Positions 8,682 to 18,301 of a stretch of DNA of 43,638 nt are shown here, piece after piece. The stretch's first letter is position 1, and the number at the start of each line of letters is the position of its first letter. The position numbers and the translations under genes are program-made. The notes under the pieces were generated by a model, which saw only the letters and a program-made list of their open reading frames with translations, did no database searches and was not told where the DNA came from. This DNA comes from Parcubacteria group bacterium (GTDB lineage: Bacteria; Patescibacteriota; Minisyncoccia; Phycocordibacterales; GCA-002724975): positions 10,443-54,080 of the forward strand of contig PBQF01000004.1 in assembly GCA_002724975.1 (NCBI GenBank), given 5' to 3'.

Positions 8682-9971
8682 ATGTCAGATAATTCATTTC
8701 AAGATATAGTTTCGGGTTCGGGCCGATCAATTAGAAGAATACCTGTTTCCAAAAAACCGAAGGTAGATAATTCATTTGGAGGTCAGTCGCCAGTCGGACG
8801 AAGCGGAGGTTCCGGCGGCGGATACTCTGACAGGAAATCTCCACGGTTTGGTATTTGGATTGTTGCCATTATTTCCATAATTATTTTCCTTTTTGTTTTT
8901 CCTCTTTTGTTTTCTGGAGCCAAAATTGAAGTGACACCAAAACAAGAAGCCGTGTTGATTGACGGCACCTTTACTGCATTTAAGGAAGCACAGTCTGGGG
9001 AACTAAGTTTTGAAGTTATGAGTATAACTCGCTCCCTTTCGGACGAAGTTCCAGCAACAGGCGAGGAGTTTGTGGAAGAAAAAGCTTCAGGAAAAATTGT
9101 TGTCTACAATAATTACTCAACTGCAAGCCAGAAGCTTATTAAAAATACCAGGTTTGAAACACCAGATGGTTTGATTTACAGGATTAAAGATGCTGTCGTA
9201 GTTCCTGGTAGAAGCACGGTTGATGGTGAAACTGTGCCAGGAAGTCTTGAGGTGACGGTTTACGCCGACAAGTCAGGAGATACATATAATGTCGACATGT
9301 TGGATTTCACTATTCCGGGACTTAAAGGTGATCCACGATATAGTAAGTTTTATGCCCGAAGCCAGACGGCAATAGCTGGTGGCGCTTCAGGAACTATTAG
9401 AAAAGCCTCAAATGATGATGTAGTAAGTGCCAGCGACAGGCTTGGTTCTAAATTAAGTGCGGAAATTTTAGAAGAGGCTTTGTCAGTTAAGCCAGAAGGA
9501 TTCCTTCTTCTTAATAATTCTTATGTTATAAGAAGTGATTCAAAAACTTCAAATGGAACAGGTGATAATGTTTTGGTGACGGAAGAGGCGACATTCTATG
9601 GATTAATTTTTGACGAAAAGGAATTTGCACAATTTGTGGCAGAAAATACTATTGCCTCTTATAAAGGAGCAAACGTGGAGCTTTTTGGATTGGATAATCT
9701 TAATTTAACTATTGTTGATTCAAGTTCTATTAATCTAGAAATTGCTGAAAGCGTTAATTTTAAAATTTCAGGGGACACAAAAGTTGTTTGGACTTTTGAC
9801 GAGGAAGCCCTAATAAGTGATTTGGGCGGGGAGTCTAGGAGGAAAGCGACTTCAATCCTTTCTTCATATTCTGATAGTATCGAGACTGCTAAAGTTATTA
9901 TCCGGCCATTTTGGGGGCGTTCCATTACCGATAAAGAGGACAAAATCAAGCTTAAGAAGATAATTAAATAA
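8682..9971 (+). CDS. hypothetical bitopic membrane protein with large extracytoplasmic domain
   Basis: A Gly/Ser-rich cytoplasmic N-terminus, one TM helix (FGIWIVAIISIIIFLFVFPLLF), then about 350 aa beta-rich. Vaguely reminiscent of proteins annotated as baseplate J-like in reduced genomes; this is from memory and unverified. Confidence 0.55.
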   Translation: MSDNSFQDIVSGSGRSIRRIPVSKKPKVDNSFGGQSPVGRSGGSGGGYSDRKSPRFGIWIVAIISIIIFLFVFPLLFSGAKIEVTPKQEAVLIDGTFTAFKEAQSGELSFEVMSITRSLSDEVPATGEEFVEEKASGKIVVYNNYSTASQKLIKNTRFETPDGLIYRIKDAVVVPGRSTVDGETVPGSLEVTVYADKSGDTYNVDMLDFTIPGLKGDPRYSKFYARSQTAIAGGASGTIRKASNDDVVSASDRLGSKLSAEILEEALSVKPEGFLLLNNSYVIRSDSKTSNGTGDNVLVTEEATFYGLIFDEKEFAQFVAENTIASYKGANVELFGLDNLNLTIVDSSSINLEIAESVNFKISGDTKVVWTFDEEALISDLGGESRRKATSILSSYSDSIETAKVIIRPFWGRSITDKEDKIKLKKIIK

Positions 9972-9976
9972 TATTT

Positions 9977-10002
9977 AAACGGCTTCAAGTGCTGAGCCGT
10001 TT
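9977..10002 (+). terminator. hairpin after the 8682..9971 gene (weak terminator)
   Basis: AAACGGCT (9977-9984) pairs with AGCCGTTT (9995-10002) around a 10-nt loop. Only a short T tract follows. Confidence 0.45.
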
Positions 10003-10053
10003 AAGAAGGCTTACCACGGCCATTTTTCCACTGTGGAAAACCTTAAAAAAGGG

Positions 10054-10082
10054 TTGACTTTAGCTCTATACGAGTCTAATAT
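10054..10082 (+). promoter_or_regulatory. sigma-70-type promoter of the infA-ribosomal protein block
   Basis: TTGACT (10054-10059), a 17-nt spacer, then TAATAT (10077-10082), 34 nt upstream of the infA ATG. Confidence 0.7.
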
Positions 10083-10116
10083 AGCTCGTACATGCCTATT
10101 TTAGGGCTAATATTTA

Positions 10117-10335
10117 ATGGTTGAGAAGGAGAATAGAGATAAAAATGAAGTGGGGACAGTGACGGAAGCGCTCCCCAACATCCTTTTTCGCGTCTTGTTT
10201 GAAGACGGAAGAGAGGAGCTTGCCTATCTTGGTGGGAAAATGAGAGTTCATAGGATTAGAATTCTTGTTGGAGACAAGGTTGAAATCAAGCTTGATCCTT
10301 ATGGCGGAAAAGGTCGAATCATTCGAAGACTCTAG
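10117..10335 (+). CDS. infA: translation initiation factor IF-1
   Basis: 72-aa S1-fold protein with G.V.E.LPN..FRV.....E..AY..GKMR...IRIL.GD.V..E...YD-like pattern. Confidence 0.93.
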   Translation: MVEKENRDKNEVGTVTEALPNILFRVLFEDGREELAYLGGKMRVHRIRILVGDKVEIKLDPYGGKGRIIRRL

Positions 10336-10350
10336 ACCCTTCTATATATT

Positions 10351-10464
10351 ATGAAGGTTAAGGCGTCTGTAAAAAGAATATGCAAATCTTGCAAGACTGT
10401 TCGAAGGAAGGGTCGTTTGCATGTTATTTGTGTCAATCCGCGCCATAAACAAAGACAAGGATAA
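10351..10464 (+). CDS. rpmJ: 50S ribosomal protein L36
   Basis: Not in the ORF track. Hand translation gives [37 protein letters not shown], the canonical L36 sequence with a CxxC...C...H zinc ribbon. Its stop overlaps the rpsM ATG. Confidence 0.9.
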   Translation: MKVKASVKRICKSCKTVRRKGRLHVICVNPRHKQRQG

Positions 10465-10844
10465 TGAGAATTTCAGGTATTACAATTCCAGATGATAAAA
10501 GAATTGAGATAGGACTAACAGCTGTTCATGGAGTTGGTAGGTCCTTGGCACATAAAATTTTAGATGACGCAGGAATTGATTATGGAAAGAAGGGAAAAGA
10601 AATTACAGCCAAGGAAGAAAACAAAATCAGGGAAGTTATGGGGCCGGTTAAAATCGAAGGAGATTTAAAAAGAGAAAAAGCAGGAAATATTAAAAGGTTG
10701 AAAGATGTCCAAAGTTATCGTGGTGCAAGACATTCCAGAGGTTTACCTGCTAGGGGACAAAGAACAAAAAGTAATTCCAGGACTGTCAGGGGCAATGTTG
10801 TAAAGACTGTGGGTTCTGGAAGGGTAAAAGTAGATAAAAAATAA
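10464..10844 (+). CDS. rpsM: 30S ribosomal protein S13
   Basis: MRISGI.IP..KR.EI.LT...G.G start, a basic C-terminus, and conserved position after rpmJ. Confidence 0.95.
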   Translation: MRISGITIPDDKRIEIGLTAVHGVGRSLAHKILDDAGIDYGKKGKEITAKEENKIREVMGPVKIEGDLKREKAGNIKRLKDVQSYRGARHSRGLPARGQRTKSNSRTVRGNVVKTVGSGRVKVDKK

Positions 10845-10845
10845 T

Positions 10846-11280
10846 ATGGGAAAGAAACGAGTTATTAAAAAAATGGGGGGAGAGAGTTCAAAAGAAGCAA
10901 GGGGAGCGTCTCTTTCGAAGTTGTCCAGAAAAAAGCTTGATTCAGGAATACTTCACGTTCGAGCTTCATATAATAATACTCGTGCTATTTTAACTGACAA
11001 AAAAGGAGATGTTGTTGCTTGGTCTTCAAGCGGAGCACTTGGTTTTAAGGGCGCTAAGAAAGGAACACCTTATGCAGCGGCACAGGTTGGAGAGTTGATA
11101 GGGGAAAAAGCCAAACTGATGGGGGTCAAAGATGTTGATGTCGTTATTAAGGGAGTGGGTGCTGGAAGGGAATCGTCAGTTAGGGCATTTTCAGCCAAAG
11201 GCATAGATTTAAATTCGATTAGTGATAAGACCCCAATTCCACATGGCGGTCCAACACCTAAAAAACCTAGAAGAGCATAA
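10846..11280 (+). CDS. rpsK: 30S ribosomal protein S11
   Basis: G.LHV.AS.NNT...LTD..G......SSG..GFKG.KK.TP.AA signature. Operon position matches. Confidence 0.95.
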   Translation: MGKKRVIKKMGGESSKEARGASLSKLSRKKLDSGILHVRASYNNTRAILTDKKGDVVAWSSSGALGFKGAKKGTPYAAAQVGELIGEKAKLMGVKDVDVVIKGVGAGRESSVRAFSAKGIDLNSISDKTPIPHGGPTPKKPRRA

Positions 11281-11282
11281 TC

Positions 11283-11906
11283 ATGAAAATAGGACCAAAA
11301 TACAAAATAGCTAGACGACTTGGCGCAGATATTTTTGAAAAGACTCAGACGCAAAAATATATGTTGTCTGAAGCCAAAAAGTCTAGGACGACAACAAGAG
11401 GCAAGAGGAGAAAAATCTTTTCTGATTATGGCAAGCAACTTTTGGAAAAGCAAAAAGTTAGATTTACATATGGTATTTCAGAGAAACAGTTTAAAAATGT
11501 TGTTAAAGAATCAGTTTCCCAACAAAATAAGGAGGCGACTGAAGCTCTTTATGAAAACCTTGAATCTCGACTTGATAATGTAGTTTACAGATTGGGGCTT
11601 TCTCCAACCCGAAGAATGGCCAGACAAATGGTTTCCCATGGACACATTATTGTTAATGGAAGAAAGCTGACGATTCCTTCATACAAGGTCAAAGAAAAAG
11701 ATCAAATTGCAATCAGGGAGGGAAGTAAGAATAAAGGAATGTTTGCAGGCTTGGAAGATAAAATAAAAAAAGATGGCGGAAGAGTTCCTTCCTGGATTAA
11801 GTTTGACCTTCCAAAAAAGGAAGCTGTCATCCAAGGTCGACCAGCGCTTAAGAAAGGAGAGACGCTTCTTGATTTGAATACAGTCATAGAGTTTTATAGT
11901 AAATAA
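11283..11906 (+). CDS. rpsD: 30S ribosomal protein S4
   Basis: YG.QL.EKQK.R..YG..E.QF, then the S4 RNA-binding domain RLDNVVYRLG...TR..ARQ.V.HGHI.VNG. Confidence 0.95.
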   Translation: MKIGPKYKIARRLGADIFEKTQTQKYMLSEAKKSRTTTRGKRRKIFSDYGKQLLEKQKVRFTYGISEKQFKNVVKESVSQQNKEATEALYENLESRLDNVVYRLGLSPTRRMARQMVSHGHIIVNGRKLTIPSYKVKEKDQIAIREGSKNKGMFAGLEDKIKKDGGRVPSWIKFDLPKKEAVIQGRPALKKGETLLDLNTVIEFYSK

Positions 11907-11944
11907 TTTTATAAGTAAAAATTGTAATTAATTAAATTATTAAC

Positions 11945-12916
11945 ATGCCCGACTTAAACATAATTTTGCCGTCAAAACCAAAAATAGTATCCGAAAACAA
12001 ATTTCAGGCTACTTATGAAATTGACGGACTTTACCCAGGATATGGTCACACACTTGGGAATTCGTTAAGAAGGATTATTTATTCATCACTTCCCGGAGCG
12101 GCTATTACTTCGGTTAAGATTGATGGAGTTGACCACGAATTTTCCACAATCAGTGGAATAAAAGAAGATGTGATTGCGATTCTTCTAAACTTAAAAAAGG
12201 TTAGATTTGAGGTTTTAACAGAGGAACCGCAGACAGTTAGCCTGAAAGCAAAAGGTATTAAAAAAGTTACTGCCAAGGACATTACAGTTCCTGGGCAGGT
12301 CAAGGTTCTTAATCCAGATCAACATATTGCCGATATTACCGACAAGAATGCAACTCTAGAAATAGACATGATTGTTGAAAAAGGCCTTGGTTACGTCCCA
12401 AAGGAAGCCTTGCAAAAAGAGAAAGTTGAAATTGGCACAATTGCGCTTGACGCAACTTTCACTCCGGTGCGAAGAGCAAATTATGAAGTTGAAAACATGA
12501 GAGTTGGCGAAAGGACGGACTTTAACCGATTAAGAGTTTTTATTGAGACAGATGGAACTATTAGTCCACATGATGTGTTAGAGAAATCAATTTCTATTCT
12601 CATCACCCAACTAAAGGCTGTTGTTGGATTCAAAGAAGAAGAACCAGAAGTGAAGGAGGAAGACATGGAAAGTGTTATTGAAGAAAATAAAGAAGAGGGA
12701 GATAAGGAAACGGAAAAGGAATTCTTGAAAACCAGAATTGAAACGTTAAATCTTTCAGCCAGAACTGAAAATGCCTTATCAAAGGCAAATATCAGAACAG
12801 TTGGAGGTTTGGCTCGAAAGAAGACCGAGGACTTGCTTGAACTTGCAGGATTGGGAGACAAAGGAGTTCAGGAGGTTAAGAGGGCACTAGGTAACTTTGG
12901 AATTGTCTTGGAGTAA
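11945..12916 (+). CDS. rpoA: DNA-directed RNA polymerase subunit alpha
   Basis: N-terminal GHTLGNSLRR and an acidic linker. The C-terminal alpha-CTD is LNLSARTENALSKANIRTVGGL. Confidence 0.95.
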   Translation: MPDLNIILPSKPKIVSENKFQATYEIDGLYPGYGHTLGNSLRRIIYSSLPGAAITSVKIDGVDHEFSTISGIKEDVIAILLNLKKVRFEVLTEEPQTVSLKAKGIKKVTAKDITVPGQVKVLNPDQHIADITDKNATLEIDMIVEKGLGYVPKEALQKEKVEIGTIALDATFTPVRRANYEVENMRVGERTDFNRLRVFIETDGTISPHDVLEKSISILITQLKAVVGFKEEEPEVKEEDMESVIEENKEEGDKETEKEFLKTRIETLNLSARTENALSKANIRTVGGLARKKTEDLLELAGLGDKGVQEVKRALGNFGIVLE

Positions 12917-12917
12917 T

Positions 12918-13262
12918 ATGAAGCATCAAAAGGTCGGACGAAAATTTGGCAGGAAAACTAATCAAAGAGAGGCACTCATGCGCTCTTTGGCTCTTTCTCT
13001 TATTAACGAGGGGAAAATAAAGACAAGTCTTGCTAAAGCCAAAGAACTCCGTCCTTATGTGGAGAAAATTGTCACTAAGGCAAAAATCAATTCTGTTACT
13101 TCTAGAAGAGCGGTTAAATCCAAACTTGGTGCTGACAACAAGAATTTGTTTGATAAAGTTGCGCCAACTTACAAAGACAGAAGCGGAGGTTATACAAGAA
13201 TTACCAAGCTTGGCAATAGGGCAAGTGACGGAAGCCAGACGGCTTTAATAGAATTCGTATAA
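12918..13262 (+). CDS. rplQ: 50S ribosomal protein L17
   Basis: MKHQKVGRKFGRKTNQREALMRSLA is the canonical L17 N-terminus. ATG 12918 is preferred over the track start 12897, which overlaps rpoA. Confidence 0.93.
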   Translation: MKHQKVGRKFGRKTNQREALMRSLALSLINEGKIKTSLAKAKELRPYVEKIVTKAKINSVTSRRAVKSKLGADNKNLFDKVAPTYKDRSGGYTRITKLGNRASDGSQTALIEFV

Positions 13263-13263
13263 T

Positions 13264-13608
13264 ATGGAGTACAAAATTGATGCAAAAGGAAAGAAATTGG
13301 GAAGATTAGCGAGTGAAATCGCCACTCTTTTGATGGGTAAAAATTCCCTTGATTTTGAGAAGCATAAAGTAGCCGATGTAAAAGTTGTTGTTTCTGGCGC
13401 TTCAGGACTTGATATATCTGCTAAAAAAATGGAAGACAAGAGATATAAAAGTTTTTCTGGTTACCCGAGCGGATTGAAAGTAAAATCTGCAAAAGAGATT
13501 GTAAAAGTCCATGGTTACGGTGAGCTTATCAGAAATGCGGTTAAAGGAATGCTCCCAGGTAATAAGTTGAGAAGCAGGCTTTTAAAAAATATAGAGATAA
13601 CTGAATAA
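13264..13608 (+). CDS. rplM: 50S ribosomal protein L13 (short form)
   Basis: D..G...GRLAS.IA..L.GK ... Y...SGYPGG-like (SGYPSGL). Conserved position before rpsI. Confidence 0.9.
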   Translation: MEYKIDAKGKKLGRLASEIATLLMGKNSLDFEKHKVADVKVVVSGASGLDISAKKMEDKRYKSFSGYPSGLKVKSAKEIVKVHGYGELIRNAVKGMLPGNKLRSRLLKNIEITE

Positions 13609-13609
13609 T

Positions 13610-14023
13610 ATGGCTGAAACAAAAACAAAAAAGAAAAGTAAGTATTTTGAGGCAGTTGGGAGAAGAAAAAATTCTATTGCCAGAGTTCGTCTGACACCAG
13701 CATCATCCAATAGCTATACCGTTAATAATAAGAAGTTTAATGAGTACTTTCCGACTGATGAATTACAGCACATACTTGCCGAAGCTTTGGAAAAAAGTGG
13801 TGGAAAGAAATTTAATATTAATGCTTTGATTACGGGTGGAGGTGTTCATGCTCAAGCGGAAGCTATGCGACTTGGAATTTCAAGAGCATTGGTTTCATTT
13901 GACAGTGAGTTAAGAGGAGAATTAAAAAGGTCTGGATATTTAAAAAGGGATCCGCGAATAAAAGAAAGGAAAAAATTTGGTCTGAAAAAAGCAAGAAAAT
14001 CTCCTCAATGGTCAAAACGTTAG
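13610..14023 (+). CDS. rpsI: 30S ribosomal protein S9
   Basis: GRRK.S.ARV.L ... GGG...QA.A...GI.RAL ... L..D.R.KERKK.G..KARK..Q.SKR C-terminus. Confidence 0.95.
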   Translation: MAETKTKKKSKYFEAVGRRKNSIARVRLTPASSNSYTVNNKKFNEYFPTDELQHILAEALEKSGGKKFNINALITGGGVHAQAEAMRLGISRALVSFDSELRGELKRSGYLKRDPRIKERKKFGLKKARKSPQWSKR

Positions 14024-14047
14024 TTTTGTTTTACCGATTTTTTAACT

Positions 14048-14578
14048 ATGTCTAAGAAATCAGAAAAAAAATTTGACGAGTCTAAGAATTCGGAATACAA
14101 TGCCGACGAAGAAATTGTTGTCGAGGAATTTTCAAATAATGAAGTCTTGAAAAAGCTTCGCGACAAGTTGAAAAAAAGTACCTCTGAAAAACAAGAATAT
14201 TTAAACGGCTGGCAAAGAACCAAAGCTGATTTCATTAATTACAAAAAGGAGGAAGATAACCGAAAGAAAGAAATACTGAAGTTTGCTAAAGAGGATTTTA
14301 TTGAGGGCATTTTGCCTGTTTTAGATAGTTTTAATATGGCCAGGGGAAGTGTCTCTTGGAAGAGTGGATTGGGGCAGATTTACAAGCAATTCGTATCCAT
14401 TTTGGAGAAAGATGGCTTAGAAGAGGTTAATCCTTTAGATAAAGATTTTAACCCGAATTTTCATGAGGTAATTGAAATGACAGAAGGAGAAGAAGGTAAG
14501 GTTGTGGAAGTAGTAGCTAAGGGGTATTTATTGAATGGAAAAATTATAAGACCTGCTAGAGTTAAGGTGGGAAAATAA
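14048..14578 (+). CDS. grpE: nucleotide exchange factor GrpE
   Basis: Coiled-coil N-terminus, R..ADF.NY.K, the P..D.F motif and a C-terminal beta domain (G..L.G..IRPA.V.V). Sits immediately upstream of dnaK. Confidence 0.9.
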   Translation: MSKKSEKKFDESKNSEYNADEEIVVEEFSNNEVLKKLRDKLKKSTSEKQEYLNGWQRTKADFINYKKEEDNRKKEILKFAKEDFIEGILPVLDSFNMARGSVSWKSGLGQIYKQFVSILEKDGLEEVNPLDKDFNPNFHEVIEMTEGEEGKVVEVVAKGYLLNGKIIRPARVKVGK

Positions 14579-14590
14579 TGAAAGAAATAT

Positions 14591-16489
14591 ATGAGTAAAG
14601 TAATTGGAATAGACCTAGGTACAACAAATTCGGCAGTTGCTTTTATTGAAGGTGGTGAGCCGAAAATTATTGAAAATGCAGAAGGCTCAAGGACGACCCC
14701 TTCTATTGTTGCACTTTCAAAAAATAATGAGCGATTAGCTGGTCTGCTTGCTAAAAGACAGTCTGTAACAAATCCACAGAATACTATTTTTGGAATAAAA
14801 AGATTTATTGGGCACAGGTTTGAGGATTCTTCAGTTCAGAAGGATAAAGGAACTGTTCCATTTACTATTGAGAAGGCTGATGACGGGGGAGTAAAAGTTA
14901 AAATGGGGGAAGATTTTTATAGGCCAGAAGAGCTTTCAGCTATGATTCTTTCCAAAATGAAAGCGGATGCAGAAGCTAAATTGGGAGAGAAAATTACCGA
15001 GGCTATCATAACTGTTCCTGCTTATTTTAATGACTCACAGAGAAAAGCGACAAAGGACGCGGGGAAGATTGCTGGACTTGATGTGAAAAGGATTATAAAT
15101 GAGCCGACCGCAGCTGCTTTGGCTTATGGATTTAATAAAAAGAAAAATGAACAGATTGTAGTATTCGACTTTGGTGGTGGAACATTTGATGTCAGTGTTC
15201 TTGAAGTCGGAGATGATGTTGTTGAGGTTAAAGCGACCGGCGGAGATTCTCATATGGGAGGAAAAGATATTGACCAAGAGATTATTAAATGGATTGCAGC
15301 GGAATTTAAAAAGGAAAGCGGAATTGATGTGACAAATGACCCACTAGCTCTCCAGCGACTTGACGAGGCTGCTGAAAAAGCAAAACAGGAACTTTCTGCC
15401 ACAGCTGAAACTGAAATTAATATTCCTTTTGTCACATCTGATACATCTGGCCCAAAACATCTTCTTTTGAAAATGACGAGAAGCAAACTTGAAGAATTAT
15501 CAAAAGAATATATTGATCGCTCAATTCAAATAACCAAAGATGTAATTAAAGATTCTCCTTTTGAATTAGGAGATATTGATGAAATTATTCTTGTTGGAGG
15601 GCAGACCAGAATGCTCGCTGTACAGAGCGCTGTAAAGGAATTGTTTGGGAAAGAGCCAAATAAATCAATTAATCCGGATGAGGTGGTAGCTTCTGGTGCT
15701 GCTATTCAAGCCGGGATTTTACAGGGAGACGTTAAGGACGTCTTGCTTCTTGATGTTATTCCGCTTTCCCTTGGAATTGAAACAATGGGAAGTATTGCTA
15801 CAAAGTTGATTGATAAAAACACGACAATCCCCGCAAGCAAATCGCAGATTTTCTCAACTGCCGCCGACAATCAAACACAAGTTGAAATTCATATCGTTCA
15901 AGGAGAAAGGTCAATGGCAATTGATAATAAAAGTTTAGGAAAATTTATTCTTGATGGTATTCCACCTTCTCCGAGGGGTATCCCTCAAATTGAAGTTTCA
16001 TTCGATATTGATGCTAATGGAATTCTTAGTGTAAAGGCAAAAGATAAATCTTCAGGCAAAGAGCAGTCGATTAAAATTGAAGGAAGTTCAGGGCTCTCTG
16101 ACGAAGAAGTGGAGAAAATGAAGAAAGAAGCCGAAGTTCACGCAGGCGAAGATAAGAAGAAAAAAGAAAGTGCCGATGTTAGAAACTTGGCGGATCAAAG
16201 TATTGTTGTTGCGGAGAAAGCATTGAAAGATGCCGAGGGAAAAATTTCGGATGATATTAAAAAAGGGGTAGAAGGAAAAATTGAAGGACTGAAGAAGGTT
16301 AAGGACGGAGGTGATACAGATGCTATTAAAAAGGCAACCGAGGAATTGGGAGTAGAAATGCAAAAAATCGGAAGTGCTATGGCTGAGGCGCAGAAATCAC
16401 AAAGCGAAAATCAAACTTCTGGTTCTGATGATAATGTGAAGGATGTAGAAGCCGAGGAAGACAAGGGAGAAGAAGAAAATAAGGGGTAA
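14591..16489 (+). CDS. dnaK: molecular chaperone DnaK (Hsp70)
   Basis: [20 protein letters not shown] and VGGQTRM motifs, with an EEVD-less acidic tail. Confidence 0.97.
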   Translation: MSKVIGIDLGTTNSAVAFIEGGEPKIIENAEGSRTTPSIVALSKNNERLAGLLAKRQSVTNPQNTIFGIKRFIGHRFEDSSVQKDKGTVPFTIEKADDGGVKVKMGEDFYRPEELSAMILSKMKADAEAKLGEKITEAIITVPAYFNDSQRKATKDAGKIAGLDVKRIINEPTAAALAYGFNKKKNEQIVVFDFGGGTFDVSVLEVGDDVVEVKATGGDSHMGGKDIDQEIIKWIAAEFKKESGIDVTNDPLALQRLDEAAEKAKQELSATAETEINIPFVTSDTSGPKHLLLKMTRSKLEELSKEYIDRSIQITKDVIKDSPFELGDIDEIILVGGQTRMLAVQSAVKELFGKEPNKSINPDEVVASGAAIQAGILQGDVKDVLLLDVIPLSLGIETMGSIATKLIDKNTTIPASKSQIFSTAADNQTQVEIHIVQGERSMAIDNKSLGKFILDGIPPSPRGIPQIEVSFDIDANGILSVKAKDKSSGKEQSIKIEGSSGLSDEEVEKMKKEAEVHAGEDKKKKESADVRNLADQSIVVAEKALKDAEGKISDDIKKGVEGKIEGLKKVKDGGDTDAIKKATEELGVEMQKIGSAMAEAQKSQSENQTSGSDDNVKDVEAEEDKGEEENKG

Positions 16490-16493
16490 ATAA

Positions 16494-17549
16494 ATGTCAA
16501 AAGACTATTATTCAGTATTAGGCGTTGAAAAAAATGCCTCAAAAGATGAAATAAAAAAAGCTTTTAGGAAGCTGGCTCATCAGTATCATCCTGATAAAAA
16601 GGGTGGGAATGAAGGTAAGTTCAAAGAGGTTAATGAAGCCTATAATATTCTCTCGAATGACCAAAAAAGGAAGGAGTATGACACTTATGGGCATGCTTTT
16701 GGCAATGCTGGAGGTTTTGGCGGGTTTGATTTCTCGCAGTTTAACCAAGGTGCTACTCAGGGTTTTAACGATTTTGATTTAGGAGATATTTTTGGGGAAT
16801 TTTTCGGCGGAAGGAGGGGTAGAACTAAAAGAGGAAGTGACATTTCGGTTGATATTGAAGTGAATTTTTATGATTCTATTTTTGGTACAGAAAGAAAAAT
16901 AATTTTGAACAAGACTTCATATTGTGAGAATTGCAAAGGAAGCGGGGCTGAAAAGAATTCCGAAATGGAGAATTGTAAAACTTGTAATGGAAAAGGGAGA
17001 ATTCATGAAACAACAAAATCGTTTTTTGGGACCTTCACAACTGAAAAAGAATGTCGTGAATGTCACGGTGTGGGAGAGATACCAAAAAAGAAATGTAGAA
17101 CTTGTGGTGGACATGGGCTAATCAAAAAACAGGAGGAAATTTCTATTAAAATTCCTGTCGGAATTGAGGACGGCCAGATGATTCGACTTAGTGGTGCAGG
17201 GGAGGCAATTCGAGGCGGAGTTTCAGGAGATTTGTATGTAAAAGTTCATATTAGGCGCGACCAAAATTTTATTAAAGAGGGGAATAATTTAGTGACTACT
17301 TTAAATATAAAAGTGACAGACGCTCTTTTGGGAGGAGAGTACACATTAAATACTTTAGACGGAAAGTTGAAAGTGAAAATTCCAGAAGGCGTTTCATTTG
17401 GCGAAACTTTAAGAATAAAAGGAAAGGGCGTGCCAATGTCAGGAAACAGTAGGGGAGACTTGCTAATTAAGATAAATATTGAACTTCCTAAAAAACTTTC
17501 CAAGAAAGCCAAAAAAGAACTCGAAGATCTCCGCGAAGAAGGCCTCTAA
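16494..17549 (+). CDS. dnaJ: molecular chaperone DnaJ
   Basis: J domain with HPD (QYHPDKK) and a G/F-rich region. Four CxxCxGxG repeats: CENCKGSG, CKTCNGKG, CRECHGVG, CRTCGGHG. Confidence 0.95.
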   Translation: MSKDYYSVLGVEKNASKDEIKKAFRKLAHQYHPDKKGGNEGKFKEVNEAYNILSNDQKRKEYDTYGHAFGNAGGFGGFDFSQFNQGATQGFNDFDLGDIFGEFFGGRRGRTKRGSDISVDIEVNFYDSIFGTERKIILNKTSYCENCKGSGAEKNSEMENCKTCNGKGRIHETTKSFFGTFTTEKECRECHGVGEIPKKKCRTCGGHGLIKKQEEISIKIPVGIEDGQMIRLSGAGEAIRGGVSGDLYVKVHIRRDQNFIKEGNNLVTTLNIKVTDALLGGEYTLNTLDGKLKVKIPEGVSFGETLRIKGKGVPMSGNSRGDLLIKINIELPKKLSKKAKKELEDLREEGL

Positions 17550-17649
17550 AAGACACTTTATTGCCTAAATTCTTAAGAACTTAAGCAATATATAAAAAGC
17601 AAAAGAAGACATTGGATACTTTCCTTTTCTTTAGGTATAATGATTTAAC

Positions 17650-17865
17650 ATGAATACTATGAGCAGAATTATAACAGGAATCGTTATAATAACTTTGGGC
17701 TTATATATAACCTATGACACTCTTTCAAATTTATCTAAAGATTGGTGGGGGGGTCTTATCTGGGGTCTTATTTTTATTATTGTAGGTCTTTTTATTTTTT
17801 TAAATAAAAAAGAAGACAATATAGAAAAAATTAAAGGTCTAAAAAACAAAGATAATAATAAATAA
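17650..17865 (+). CDS. small two-TM membrane protein, hypothetical
   Basis: 71 aa with two hydrophobic helices. TATAAT at 17636-17641 lies 8 nt upstream of the ATG. Its stop is 1 nt before the next ATG. Confidence 0.55.
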   Translation: MNTMSRIITGIVIITLGLYITYDTLSNLSKDWWGGLIWGLIFIIVGLFIFLNKKEDNIEKIKGLKNKDNNK

Positions 17866-17866
17866 A

Positions 17867-18193
17867 ATGGCAGAAATAATTATAACAACTGGGAATGATA
17901 TTCCTGGAAAAAGAGTTACTAAAGTTCTTGGAATTGTAAAGGGCAGTACCGTAAGGGCAAGAAATATCGGAAGGGATATCGGAGCTGGGTTTAGGGGCAT
18001 GATAGGCGGTGAAGTAAAGACTTATACTGACATGACTATGCACGCAAGAGATGAGGCATATAACAGAATGGTGAATCAGGCAATTGATATGAACGCAGAT
18101 GCTGTAATCGGTGTTCGGTTTATGACTTCAATGGTTATGGCAGGAGCGTCTGAGATGTTGGCATACGGGACAGCAGTCAAAATAGGCGAATAA
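17867..18193 (+). CDS. YbjQ/UPF0145 family protein (heavy-metal-binding-like domain)
   Basis: About 107 aa, with TT...IPG......LG.V.G..VR.RN.G.D..AG.R...GGE...Y........R.EA..RM...A...GA.A..G.R matching the YbjQ family pattern. Confidence 0.85.
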   Translation: MAEIIITTGNDIPGKRVTKVLGIVKGSTVRARNIGRDIGAGFRGMIGGEVKTYTDMTMHARDEAYNRMVNQAIDMNADAVIGVRFMTSMVMAGASEMLAYGTAVKIGE

Positions 18194-18218
18194 CAATAAA
18201 CCACAAGCCCTATAATCA

Positions 18219-18295
18219 AATAATAAGTTTTTTCTTATAAGAGGTTTTTACTAAGCCGTTTATAAGGTTGCAATAAAGCCATATTTTGATATAAT
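18219..18295 (+). repeat. 77-nt direct repeat, copy 1 (carries an extended -10 promoter)
   Basis: Aligns with 18930..19006 at a constant offset of 711 nt with 3 mismatches (18228, 18282, 18292). Contains TTGCAA (18268-18273) and TGATATAAT (18287-18295). Confidence 0.9.
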
Positions 18296-18301
18296 AGATT
18301 C

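Noticed and set aside
14024-14047. CIRCE / HrcA operator upstream of grpE
   Set aside because: The 24-nt spacer contains no inverted repeat, and no TTAGCACTC-like sequence occurs nearby.
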